Below, piece after piece: positions 41,969 through 50,762 of a stretch of DNA of 51,889 nt. The translations under genes were made by a program, and so were the position numbers. The stretch lies in assembly GCA_964403725.1 (NCBI GenBank), contig CAYOHI010000001.1, forward strand, positions 46,091 through 97,979, given 5' to 3'. The stretch comes from an uncultured Candidatus Saccharibacteria bacterium. Its GTDB lineage: Bacteria > Patescibacteriota > Minisyncoccia > Portnoybacterales > UBA2143. How positions within the stretch are numbered: the stretch's first letter is position 1; each line of letters starts with the position of its first letter. Under the pieces are notes generated by a model. The model did no database searches, was not told the DNA's origin, and saw only the letters and a program-made list of their open reading frames with translations.

Positions 41969-42661
41969 TTATGGAACTAAGAATACTTCAGCAGAAGCAC
42001 TATTCCTTTGAATCCGGTTATTCCTATTCTCTACCCAGACTTCTAGGGTCTGCCTGATGGTTTCATTAACCTTGCCTATCTTTATGGAGAGATCGTTGAA
42101 ATCAACGACATCTACTTGGGGAGCTATTTTCTGTCCAAATTGCCACTGGTATTCCAATTCGCTCAGATTAAAGATATTGAAGAAGAACGGTTGGGCTGTG
42201 AATTCTACTTCCTGGTCACCAGAGAGGTTATATTGCTCCAGGAATCCCAAGGCTGGACTTTTCAGCTTTATGACAATTTCAGGTAAACGGGCTTTTAGGA
42301 AGAGGTTTTTCGATGTTGCTATCTTGTAGTTGTTTCTATCTATGACTTCAACTCTAATTATATGGTCCTTGGTAATGCTTTCACTCATCTGGAATTTGAA
42401 ATTCTGTTTGCCAAGTCCTGATTCGTCTTGAATATGGTTATTCAAGAACCAGTTAAAAGTCAATTCTTCTGGGTTTAATCCCTTGGAATTAAATTGGGCA
42501 GCTACTTCTACATTGCTTCCCCTGCTAGGCAGAGCTGCTCCTCTGTAATCAAGGGGAACATAGGTGTCTGTTATCCAAGTCAAAGTCACTCCAGCAGCTT
42601 GAGCTGAAAAAGCGAAAGATAAACAAAGAATAGTTGGTAAGATGTAATGTTTTAATTTCAT
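41969..42661 (-). CDS. secreted hypothetical protein (230 aa)
   Basis: Signal peptide ILCLSFAFSAQAAG followed by beta-rich sequence. 4-nt overlap with the upstream gene. No family recognised. Confidence 0.55.
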   Translation of the reverse strand: MKLKHYILPTILCLSFAFSAQAAGVTLTWITDTYVPLDYRGAALPSRGSNVEVAAQFNSKGLNPEELTFNWFLNNHIQDESGLGKQNFKFQMSESITKDHIIRVEVIDRNNYKIATSKNLFLKARLPEIVIKLKSPALGFLEQYNLSGDQEVEFTAQPFFFNIFNLSELEYQWQFGQKIAPQVDVVDFNDLSIKIGKVNETIRQTLEVWVENRNNRIQRNSASAEVFLVP

Positions 42662-43068
42662 TTTTTAGCTATTTTCCCTAATTGAGTATTGTGTTCAGCA
42701 TACATGCTGATTAGGAATATGGTCCAAGTTGGTGAAAGATCGCCTATTCCCGGGAACATTTCTATCAGGAATGTTCCGCCAAATCTAGCTGAAGGGAATT
42801 TATGAAGGCGGATAAAGCACCATATTCCCAAGATTCCCGCAGTGCTTAAATCAAGTGCTCTGAAAAGGATCAAATCTAGTCCGAAATAGTCACAGGCGTC
42901 GTTGATCACCCCGATTGATCCGATAATGGCCCATTCAGCGCCCGTTATTTCACTAATTGACTGTCTTGATTTTTCTTTCAGTTTCCCTTTTATCTTTCCC
43001 TTAGCTTTTTTTTGAGTGTCTTTTCTTAATTGATTCAATTTGGCTAATCTTTCCGTGTAATCTGGCAT
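42658..43068 (-). CDS. small membrane protein (136 aa)
   Basis: Basic N-terminus followed by three hydrophobic segments. Packed between the VirB4 gene and the secreted protein gene. Confidence 0.55.
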   Translation of the reverse strand: MPDYTERLAKLNQLRKDTQKKAKGKIKGKLKEKSRQSISEITGAEWAIIGSIGVINDACDYFGLDLILFRALDLSTAGILGIWCFIRLHKFPSARFGGTFLIEMFPGIGDLSPTWTIFLISMYAEHNTQLGKIAKK

Positions 43069-43072
43069 GGTT

Positions 43073-44875
43073 TTAATAGGCAGTGCCTTCTCCTTTCATT
43101 TCTTCTTCCGCTAAATCTTTTTTAGCTTGTTCAATTTCCATCAATTGGGCTGGATCAGAGGTGATTACCTGGTCTTCAGTATATGAAGCAACGATTTTAA
43201 TGGCTACATGCTTTGATCCAGCAAAGAATATCCCCTCTCCCACAGCGCTCTCCAAAAGCATGTATTTTTCCTGGTCTGTTAGGTTGAATGTTTCCTTGAT
43301 TACATCAATAGCAGCCGGAGATTGTTTTAAAAGTAGTTGAATAGATGAGTTAGTTACAATCGGTTTGCCATATTTGGATTTCATGAAATCTGCTACGTCC
43401 TGGGTTATGGTAGTCAGTCCGAGATAGTATTTTCGGCATCTTTTAGCGATGCCGTACAAGAATGAGGCAGCATCGTCATTCTGCATCATGACCCAGGCTT
43501 CATCAACAACCATCATCCTTTTCTTTCTCTTAGAACGGATAATATTCCAGATATATCTTAGGATAATATACATGGCCAGTGGCCTCAATTCTTTTTCCAT
43601 ATCTCTGATGCTGAAAACGACTAGCTTCTTCCCTAATTCAACATTAGTTGGCTGGTTGAAGAAATTGGCATAGCTGCCAGAAATGAATTTTTCCAGTCTA
43701 GTTACCAAAGATTCTGTTCCAGTCATGCCCTTGAGGACTGTGTACAGGTCCTGCATCAAAGGAGGATTGACTTTGCTGAAATCAGATTCAGGGGTAATGT
43801 CTCTGGCGGCATAGGTTTCAGTCAGGGCCTTGTCGACGATAGCGTCTTCTTCAGGGGTCAGTCCGCCCAGCATTATCCTTAGAAGCCCGACTAGGTTAAT
43901 GACGTTGTTTCTCAATACGTCAGCTGGCTTTTCATCCGGCCCAGGAACCGGCAAGTCAAAAGGATTCAAGTGATGGGGAGAAGAAATTGATATATCAATA
44001 AAGGTGCCCCCTACTGTTTCAGCCAGGTATTTATATTCTTTTTCTGGGTCGATAATTAAAACTTCTGTATCCTGCATCAAGGAACGAAGAACTTCCAGTT
44101 TAATAGCATAAGATTTGCCGCTGCCTGATTTGGCGAAGACACAGGCATTCGCATTTTCCATGCCGAATCTGTCAAAAAGAATCAAGGAATTATTATGCCT
44201 GTTGATTCCATAAAGGATTCCCTTGTTCTCGCTCAAATCAGATGAAATGAAAGGGAAAGCAGCTGATAATGGTGCCGTATTGAAATTATTGTGGACATAG
44301 ATCTTATCTGATCCCAAAGGAAGAGTAGAAACGAAGCCTTGTTCCTGCTGGAAGACGGCTGGCTTGGCATAGATCATCTGGTTTTCCAAAAGAGCCCTGA
44401 TGCTATTCTCTATCTCATCCAATTGTTTGGGATTATCTGCGAAAAAAGTGACGTAAAGACCGAGCTTGAAGAGCTTCTCAGTCCCTTGCTGGAGGGTAGT
44501 TCTCAATTCTTCGATGCTTTGCAGGGCGGTTTCCAGCTTGGGATCGCGCACTTTTCCTTTTTCTGCCTGCATAGACATCTGTGATTGGACTTGGGCTGTC
44601 TTTTTAGTCAGTGTCTTCAAGGCGGCGTTAGTCTCGGCTGGGTGAATGAACATGGATATATTCGTTTCTTGGTCCAAGGTGATGACTGAGGATAGCCAGC
44701 CGGTATCCAAATTCTGGGGGTACGAGAAGACAAATATGGTCCGGCCATACTTCTCGCCGATCTGGATATAGTTTGAGTTGATTTGTAATCCGGCTGGAGC
44801 GATCAAATCAACCAAATCGGTTTCTTGGTGTGTTCCTTGAGGCGCTATTTGCTTTTTCTTGAATAAATTAAGCAT
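43073..44875 (-). CDS. VirB4/TrsE-type T4SS ATPase (ATPase body)
   Basis: 600 aa with Walker A FAKSGSGKSYAIK and Walker B RMMVVDEAW. The N-terminal segment LIAPAGLQINSNYIQIGEKYGRTIFVFSYPQNLDTGWLS is typical of Gram-positive VirB4 homologues. Confidence 0.85.
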   Translation of the reverse strand: MLNLFKKKQIAPQGTHQETDLVDLIAPAGLQINSNYIQIGEKYGRTIFVFSYPQNLDTGWLSSVITLDQETNISMFIHPAETNAALKTLTKKTAQVQSQMSMQAEKGKVRDPKLETALQSIEELRTTLQQGTEKLFKLGLYVTFFADNPKQLDEIENSIRALLENQMIYAKPAVFQQEQGFVSTLPLGSDKIYVHNNFNTAPLSAAFPFISSDLSENKGILYGINRHNNSLILFDRFGMENANACVFAKSGSGKSYAIKLEVLRSLMQDTEVLIIDPEKEYKYLAETVGGTFIDISISSPHHLNPFDLPVPGPDEKPADVLRNNVINLVGLLRIMLGGLTPEEDAIVDKALTETYAARDITPESDFSKVNPPLMQDLYTVLKGMTGTESLVTRLEKFISGSYANFFNQPTNVELGKKLVVFSIRDMEKELRPLAMYIILRYIWNIIRSKRKKRMMVVDEAWVMMQNDDAASFLYGIAKRCRKYYLGLTTITQDVADFMKSKYGKPIVTNSSIQLLLKQSPAAIDVIKETFNLTDQEKYMLLESAVGEGIFFAGSKHVAIKIVASYTEDQVITSDPAQLMEIEQAKKDLAEEEMKGEGTAY

Positions 44876-45512
44876 TTTCTTGTTTTTCTATTTTTGGATC
44901 TTCTTTGGCGCTTGGGTTATAGAATTTATAGAAGAGTTCTATCAATTCTTCCGTGTTCAGAGGGACTGTCTTGATGCCCAATCCCCTGAGGCCGGTAGAG
45001 ATATATTCCACTCTTTGCCAAAGATTATTCTTTAATTCTTGGAATGATTCCTCTTTGGTAGCTTCTTTCTCTTTTTTAGTGAAGATATTACTGAAGAATC
45101 CTCCTTTCTTTATAGCTGACGGACTGTACGGGACAATTATGTAAAAGGATTTAGTCATGACGTTGGTCATCTGGGTCAATCCTTTGACAAAATTGATATA
45201 TTCGTTGGTTTGAATTCTTAAAAGCTCGTTTTCTTGCTGGGTTTGTCTATGTTCTAGGGTCTGGATATATGGGGTGATGTCAAATTTGCGTGAAGAAGTC
45301 ATTATTTGAAGGGAAAAATCAAGTGAATTTAAGAAATCCTGATAGCGGTAAATGATAGCATCTCTTTCCTCAGTTGATTTTAGGGCAAAGTTTATGCTGG
45401 TAGCCATCAAAACAGAACGCAGTCCTTTGTTCTTAAGGACTACAACATCATCTTTAATTTCCTTTACTTCCAAATGCTTTTGGATTGAAGCTGCGTTTAA
45501 TTTGTTAGCCAT
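44868..45512 (-). CDS. VirB4 N-terminal-domain-like protein (separate ORF)
   Basis: 214 aa. VVVLKNKGLRSVLMATSINFALKSTEERDAIIYRYQDFLNSLDFSLQI follows the pattern of the first ~200 aa of long VirB4 proteins (from memory). It overlaps the ATPase ORF by 8 nt in another frame. Confidence 0.5.
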   Translation of the reverse strand: MANKLNAASIQKHLEVKEIKDDVVVLKNKGLRSVLMATSINFALKSTEERDAIIYRYQDFLNSLDFSLQIMTSSRKFDITPYIQTLEHRQTQQENELLRIQTNEYINFVKGLTQMTNVMTKSFYIIVPYSPSAIKKGGFFSNIFTKKEKEATKEESFQELKNNLWQRVEYISTGLRGLGIKTVPLNTEELIELFYKFYNPSAKEDPKIEKQENA

Positions 45513-45513
45513 A

Positions 45514-45798
45514 CTATTTTTTCCCTCTTTTCCATAGGTATAGTTTTGGTTTAGTCATATATTTTATCAGTGAACCCAAGAGATATACGAATGGTCTTCC
45601 ATTAACTTTGTAAAAAGCTAATCCTAAGACTAGGATAGCGATAGGAACAGCGATAATGATGAAAAGAGTTAATTTGAGATAGAACCAAAGCATAGCCAGG
45701 ACACCAACTCCGCCTAATAGATACAGGAATTGCTTGAGAGTCAGGGGTCCGACTATCTTGTCTTCTATATCGATAAATTGAGGAACTCTAAATCTCAT
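45514..45798 (-). CDS. PrgI-family (VirB3-like) small membrane protein
   Basis: 94 aa. MRFRVPQFIDIEDKIVGPLTLKQFLYLLGG followed by two TM helices, the hallmark of the PrgI family found next to VirB4 in Gram-positive T4SS. Confidence 0.7.
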   Translation of the reverse strand: MRFRVPQFIDIEDKIVGPLTLKQFLYLLGGVGVLAMLWFYLKLTLFIIIAVPIAILVLGLAFYKVNGRPFVYLLGSLIKYMTKPKLYLWKRGKK

Positions 45799-45800
45799 AT

Positions 45801-46301
45801 TTATTCTCCTTTCAGGTCAACAATATTTCCATTAAGCTGAGGCTTTGGCTCGACTGGCTCTTGGTAATTATTAACTGGTTCCGGCTTTGGCTCTTCTTTT
45901 TGTATTTCTTGTTTTGGCTGCTCTTGCCCTTTGGGCCATTCTGAAATTTGATGGACTTTCTTTAGGCTCTCTTGGGCTGATAGGAATATTTGTTGATTGA
46001 CATCGCGGGCCAGTTGCCTGGCAGCTGATTCTTCTAGGGTGCACTTGTCTTGGAGCGTCTTAACGAAGTCAGTTATTTTGGTTTCACCCAAGAAGATCAT
46101 GCCGATTGTATGAGAAGCCCACCAAATCTGATTGCTATCTAAGTTATTCTTTTGTCCTGTTTGATGTATCTTATCGGCAGTCTCAATGCTAAACATCATC
46201 TGACGCAAGTCAGTTGGCAATTGAGACCATTTGATATATCTTTGTTTGATCAAAGGGTCTTTTATGGATTGGATATTTTTAATTTGATTTGGAGTAAGCA
46301 T
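45801..46301 (-). CDS. hypothetical protein (166 aa) with a Pro/Glu/Gln-rich tail
   Basis: In-operon ORF. The C-terminus is low-complexity (PKGQEQPKQEIQKEEPKPEPVNNYQEPVEPKPQ). No family recognised. Confidence 0.5.
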   Translation of the reverse strand: MLTPNQIKNIQSIKDPLIKQRYIKWSQLPTDLRQMMFSIETADKIHQTGQKNNLDSNQIWWASHTIGMIFLGETKITDFVKTLQDKCTLEESAARQLARDVNQQIFLSAQESLKKVHQISEWPKGQEQPKQEIQKEEPKPEPVNNYQEPVEPKPQLNGNIVDLKGE

Positions 46302-46309
46302 AATTTATA

Positions 46310-48199
46310 TTAAGCTGTTGAAAATGGTGCTCCTTGTTTTGGTTGATTTTTAACATCTCCAAAGAGTGCTTTGCCAGCAGTGCTGTCAAGATATTTTTCA
46401 ATATCAGCTCGAAAGCTGCCTTTTTTCTTATCAATAATTTCTTTTTTGACTTTAATAAATAGATCGGCATTATCTTCAGCCATCTTTTCTAAATGATTCT
46501 TCTTCCATTTGCCTTTATCCATAAGTTCTTTTTCGATTGCTTTCATAACATCATCATTAATATATTTTTCTTGGAGATTCTCCATATCTTTGGGCTTAAC
46601 ACCAGAGACAACCTTACTAATTGCTTCATCTTTGCTGAGTTTTTTATTCTTGTCATCTTTGTCTGTAAAGCCCATTAGAGGCGCAAGGTCAGGTCTGTAT
46701 TTGGTGATTTCGCTAGCATCACCATGCATCTTTTTAAGGAAGTCAATTTTTTCCTGAGCTTTACTTCCAGAATCCTTAAATCCTCCTTTTTTAGCTAGTT
46801 CGGCAATAGCAGCTGCTTTTCTAATTCTATCTTCTTGGGTGTATGTCCCTTGATTGGCCATTATATTCAAATCATCAGTAGTACGCTCAGAAATCTTTTT
46901 GCGCTCTTCTTTGATTTTTTCAGCCTGATCAGAAGCATACTTGCCAGGTCCGCCTATGGCTCGGCCAAGTACTGGTGTTTTTTCTGCTTTCTTCATAGCC
47001 CAGCTCTTTATCTTGTTAGTTTCAGGGAATGCTTTTCCTAAAATAGGTACTTTTCTAGCTAATCCAGCAGCGCCTCCGGCAGTGGCCTTTGTTCCCCGCC
47101 AAGTGCCTTTGCCAGCCGATCTGCCGATTGATTTAGAAAAATTAATTGCTCCATTAGCTCCATAAACACTCATTTTCTGAGCAGCTATCAATCCGCCAAA
47201 GAGGACGCCGATAATTACAATGAATTGCATAAGGGCTGAAGGAGTTGATGCTAAAGCAACAAAAAGAGTTTCCTTAAACCCGCTAGCATTGACGATATTT
47301 TCCATTTCAGTACTGACAATATTGCTGAATTTACCGGCTTGTCCTGCTTGGATAGCTAAATATACGAAGAACATATATATTGGAGCAAAGAAGGTCCACT
47401 TCAGGAAAGTATTCCACCATTGTTTGAATAGATGGCTAGTACCCGGTATTATCCAAAAAAACCAAGCAAGTGGGGCTAGAATTAATAAGATCCAAATCAT
47501 AATCATTCGTATAATCAAGAAGAAAGCGCCGAGGAGCAAGGCTAAACTAGCGGCTAAGATTAGGATTGTTCCAAAGAATATAGAGAAGGCCAACATTATC
47601 ACTCCAGCTACTCCCTCCGCTATTTTTTCCGCCGCATTGGCATCTGGATTTAGTTTTGGTACTTGTTGGATATTGAATACGCTGGCTATTTGTGCTCCAA
47701 CTCCTGAACTTCCTTTTATTTCTTCATAGAAGAAGTTTGTCAAAATTTGTGAAAAATCAATCACTACTCCAGCAATAACTAAACTGAAATTAATTAATAA
47801 AGCGGCCACAATCAATTTCCATAGAATTTGCTTCATGCCGTAGGTTTCAACCCTTAAGATGGTAGCAAAAGCAATTGCTAATAGGACAAGAACAAAGAAC
47901 ATATTAGCCAAGTCTCTAGTAATAGTCCAGCCAGTCTGGACAAATCCAGATTTGGTAAATTTTTCTATACCGAAGGTCATTTCCAGAATCATTCCTGAAA
48001 GCCAAAACAGAATAGAAACAAAACTATGGATTATCGCGCCAATGCGGGTAATTATCCAAGCTAGGATATCAAAGCCAATATCTATGCCAAATAAATCAGC
48101 ATGAGCTGGTCTAGCACTAAAAACAAAAACACCTAAAGAACTAATTACAAGAATTAGGAATAGGCTCAGAAAAAGTTTTTTGTGTTTTAAATTAAACAT
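46310..48199 (-). CDS. VirB6/TrbL-like polytopic membrane protein with a long hydrophilic C-terminal tail
   Basis: 629 aa. About 7-8 TM helices in the first ~360 aa, then a ~260-aa Lys/Glu-rich soluble region. Its position next to VirB3/VirB4 supports the assignment; the sequence-level assignment is weak. Confidence 0.55.
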   Translation of the reverse strand: MFNLKHKKLFLSLFLILVISSLGVFVFSARPAHADLFGIDIGFDILAWIITRIGAIIHSFVSILFWLSGMILEMTFGIEKFTKSGFVQTGWTITRDLANMFFVLVLLAIAFATILRVETYGMKQILWKLIVAALLINFSLVIAGVVIDFSQILTNFFYEEIKGSSGVGAQIASVFNIQQVPKLNPDANAAEKIAEGVAGVIMLAFSIFFGTILILAASLALLLGAFFLIIRMIMIWILLILAPLAWFFWIIPGTSHLFKQWWNTFLKWTFFAPIYMFFVYLAIQAGQAGKFSNIVSTEMENIVNASGFKETLFVALASTPSALMQFIVIIGVLFGGLIAAQKMSVYGANGAINFSKSIGRSAGKGTWRGTKATAGGAAGLARKVPILGKAFPETNKIKSWAMKKAEKTPVLGRAIGGPGKYASDQAEKIKEERKKISERTTDDLNIMANQGTYTQEDRIRKAAAIAELAKKGGFKDSGSKAQEKIDFLKKMHGDASEITKYRPDLAPLMGFTDKDDKNKKLSKDEAISKVVSGVKPKDMENLQEKYINDDVMKAIEKELMDKGKWKKNHLEKMAEDNADLFIKVKKEIIDKKKGSFRADIEKYLDSTAGKALFGDVKNQPKQGAPFSTA

Positions 48200-48208
48200 T
48201 TATATATA

Positions 48209-48889
48209 TTAACGACCGCAGCAAACGACACAACAGGAACAGCAACATAATCCTCCACAATGCCATACTCTTCCATATGGTGTATCTGTATAGCATGGTC
48301 CCTCAGCATTATCGCAAGTGCATCCTGGCCCTGAAAAAGCTAATGTGTTTTCACAAAGAGAAGTTGAGTAGTCATCTTCCCAGAATAATTCTTTGTTAGC
48401 TTCATAATACGCCATCCCTTCCTTAAAATCTTCTGATAAAAAGTATTCTTCCCAAGAGAGAAAACCAACCATGGCCAGAGCTTCTTCTAAATATTCTTCA
48501 TTAGCAGAACAAAGAGAGCATGTTTTTGAATCTTGAGGCTGATAACTAGATGGACTTAATGATAGGCTTTTAATTTCTGATAAAATACTTTCTGTTGTTA
48601 AATATTCAACACTATTAATTAAATCTGATGATGTTGGTGTTTCTGGATTGTTAATTTCTTGTTCTTGTTTATTAGAATTATCCTGGCTTTTGGTTAATTT
48701 TTCTGTTTTTTGGGATTTGGTGCTTAAAATGCTTTTGAATAAGCTTACTTTTTCAGTTTCTTCTTGATTAGTATTAGTATTTACTTCCATTGGCTTTTCA
48801 TCATTTGTCCATCCATATGAGAATAAGATTATTGCTAAACTGCCAAATAAAATAATAACAGGAATAAATTTTTCTTTAAAAGAAATCAT
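48209..48889 (-). CDS. membrane-anchored protein with a poly-cysteine C-terminus
   Basis: 226 aa with an N-terminal TM helix, an Asn/Gln/Thr/Ser-rich linker, and a C-terminal domain with 16 Cys ending HCGGLCCCSCCVVCCGR. Confidence 0.55.
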   Translation of the reverse strand: MISFKEKFIPVIILFGSLAIILFSYGWTNDEKPMEVNTNTNQEETEKVSLFKSILSTKSQKTEKLTKSQDNSNKQEQEINNPETPTSSDLINSVEYLTTESILSEIKSLSLSPSSYQPQDSKTCSLCSANEEYLEEALAMVGFLSWEEYFLSEDFKEGMAYYEANKELFWEDDYSTSLCENTLAFSGPGCTCDNAEGPCYTDTPYGRVWHCGGLCCCSCCVVCCGR

Positions 48890-48893
48890 ATAT

Positions 48894-50762
48894 TTATCGT
48901 GTTATTGGCGGTACCCATGCATTACAAGTGTCTTCTCTGCTTTGTGCATCTGCCTTTAATTGCGCAGCTGCTTCTATTTCAGCATATAGGGTGCCTGGAT
49001 CTGGGAATGTTGGATTACCTCTGGCTGTCATTAAATTCTGAGCCAAAGTGACAATAGTTGAATTGGAATTAAGAGTTTCTGTAGTCAGTCCGCCCAGATC
49101 TGTTGAAGAGACAGCGCCGTTAATGTCTGTTATTAAGGCCTGAGTGGCTGTAATTAAATTATTCTTAGCTGTATTCATTTCTGTGGTGGCAGTCTGCATA
49201 GCAGTGGTAGTAGCTCGTCCACCTGTTTGTTGATAAACAGTAAGCCAATTATTTGCCTTGTTAACTAATTCTTGAGCTAGAACAGAGGTACTTCTGGTAT
49301 CATTGATCAAAGCGATAGTATCGGGAATATCAACGGTTTCCATAGTATTAATCATGCTGTTGTATCTTGGAATTATGGTATTGTTAATCTCATTTTTCTT
49401 GCCTTGAGCCCAAGTAATATAACTAGCATATGGAGGAACATTAGTACAGGCGTTAATGACAAGATCCAAATCAGGAAAGGCTCCCTGATAAGCTGGTCCA
49501 ATAGATCTCATGACTGCCAGGTTTGTCTGCTGTTCGTTAAGTAGCTGATTATTGATGTTGTTATCAAGTGCAGCTAATTGGACATCTAGAGCAGTTGCAT
49601 CAACTTTATTCTGTTCAGCATCTTGGGGGGAGATGGTTTGAGGAATACCAGCACTAGCGCCAACATCACCAAAATTAGGTTTTGTCTGAGGATCAGCTTT
49701 GAGAAGTCCCATTCCTTCTTTCATTATTCGATTCATCAAGGCATTGATTACAGCTTGGAGATATACTTGATAAGGGCCGGCCTTAGCCGTAGCTCCGGCA
49801 ATAGCTGCGTTCATCTGATCCATCCAGTTATTAACAGTCTTGTTGACAGTCTTGTTGATTGTGTTAGCTGGTGTCCAGGTCTCACATTGCAGGGCACATG
49901 GCTTAACAACTCCTGATGTTTGCCAATCTCCTTTACAAGCACTAGGTAAAGGAGGAATGCCTCTGACATCTGTTATCCTCTGAACAACCGTACGCCTAGC
50001 ATCATACCAAATACAGTTTCTGGCTGGTAACCAGCCTTCATCAGAATCTGCTTCAATATTTCTCATGGTGTCATTAATGACCTTAGTTTTCTCATCTTGA
50101 GCCATTAACAGGGAGCCATAGAAATTGTTTTGCGGTTTTGATAATTCAATCCATCCTTTCCATCCCCCTTGGCTAAAGTCTTGGTAAAAATTATCAAGGT
50201 TGCCAATCATTTGCGAGAAAGTACATTGAGCTTTGGCATCAAAGGTTGGTACATCCAACAGAGCAATCTTAATATCTAAATCAAAAGACTGACATAGGAG
50301 GCCTAATCCTAAATACTGGTCTATGAAATTGCCAGCTACATTGTCTATTGCGTCTTCGAGATAGCCGCCAAATCCTTCAGTCATAAATCTGGGCTTTTGT
50401 CCATTTTCAATCCAATTAACAATATCATTAGTCAGTTCAGTCAAGAGCTGATGGATCATCATATTCAAAAGAACGCTAGCTGCCCATTTAGCTATTTCAC
50501 CAGCATTGGCAGCCACTAATTCAGCAACTGTAGTAATGGCCTCACCTAAGGCTCCTGATTCATATGCTTTTTGAATTGCTCGCCATCCTATTTGAAGAGC
50601 TGATTGCTTTTCTTCAGGTACTGATGTAGCTACAGAAACAGGACATAGAGCTTGTGCTTTTTTAGGATAAAACAAAACCGGTCCAGCTATTAAGCTGATC
50701 ATACAAATACTTAAAATTAAAGCAGTGCTTTTTTTTAGGTATGAGTTTTGGAAAATGATCAT
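48894..50762 (-). CDS. large secreted or anchored hypothetical protein (622 aa)
   Basis: N-terminal hydrophobic segment ALILSICMISLIAGPVLF. Asn/Thr/Ala-rich, with scattered Cys pairs. No family recognised. Confidence 0.55.
   Translation of the reverse strand: MIIFQNSYLKKSTALILSICMISLIAGPVLFYPKKAQALCPVSVATSVPEEKQSALQIGWRAIQKAYESGALGEAITTVAELVAANAGEIAKWAASVLLNMMIHQLLTELTNDIVNWIENGQKPRFMTEGFGGYLEDAIDNVAGNFIDQYLGLGLLCQSFDLDIKIALLDVPTFDAKAQCTFSQMIGNLDNFYQDFSQGGWKGWIELSKPQNNFYGSLLMAQDEKTKVINDTMRNIEADSDEGWLPARNCIWYDARRTVVQRITDVRGIPPLPSACKGDWQTSGVVKPCALQCETWTPANTINKTVNKTVNNWMDQMNAAIAGATAKAGPYQVYLQAVINALMNRIMKEGMGLLKADPQTKPNFGDVGASAGIPQTISPQDAEQNKVDATALDVQLAALDNNINNQLLNEQQTNLAVMRSIGPAYQGAFPDLDLVINACTNVPPYASYITWAQGKKNEINNTIIPRYNSMINTMETVDIPDTIALINDTRSTSVLAQELVNKANNWLTVYQQTGGRATTTAMQTATTEMNTAKNNLITATQALITDINGAVSSTDLGGLTTETLNSNSTIVTLAQNLMTARGNPTFPDPGTLYAEIEAAAQLKADAQSREDTCNAWVPPITR

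Noticed and set aside
46279-46470. A 63-aa ORF overlapping the end of the VirB6-like gene and the start of the 166-aa gene.
   Set aside because: It is in a different frame from two well-supported operon genes, with no SD and no independent signal.
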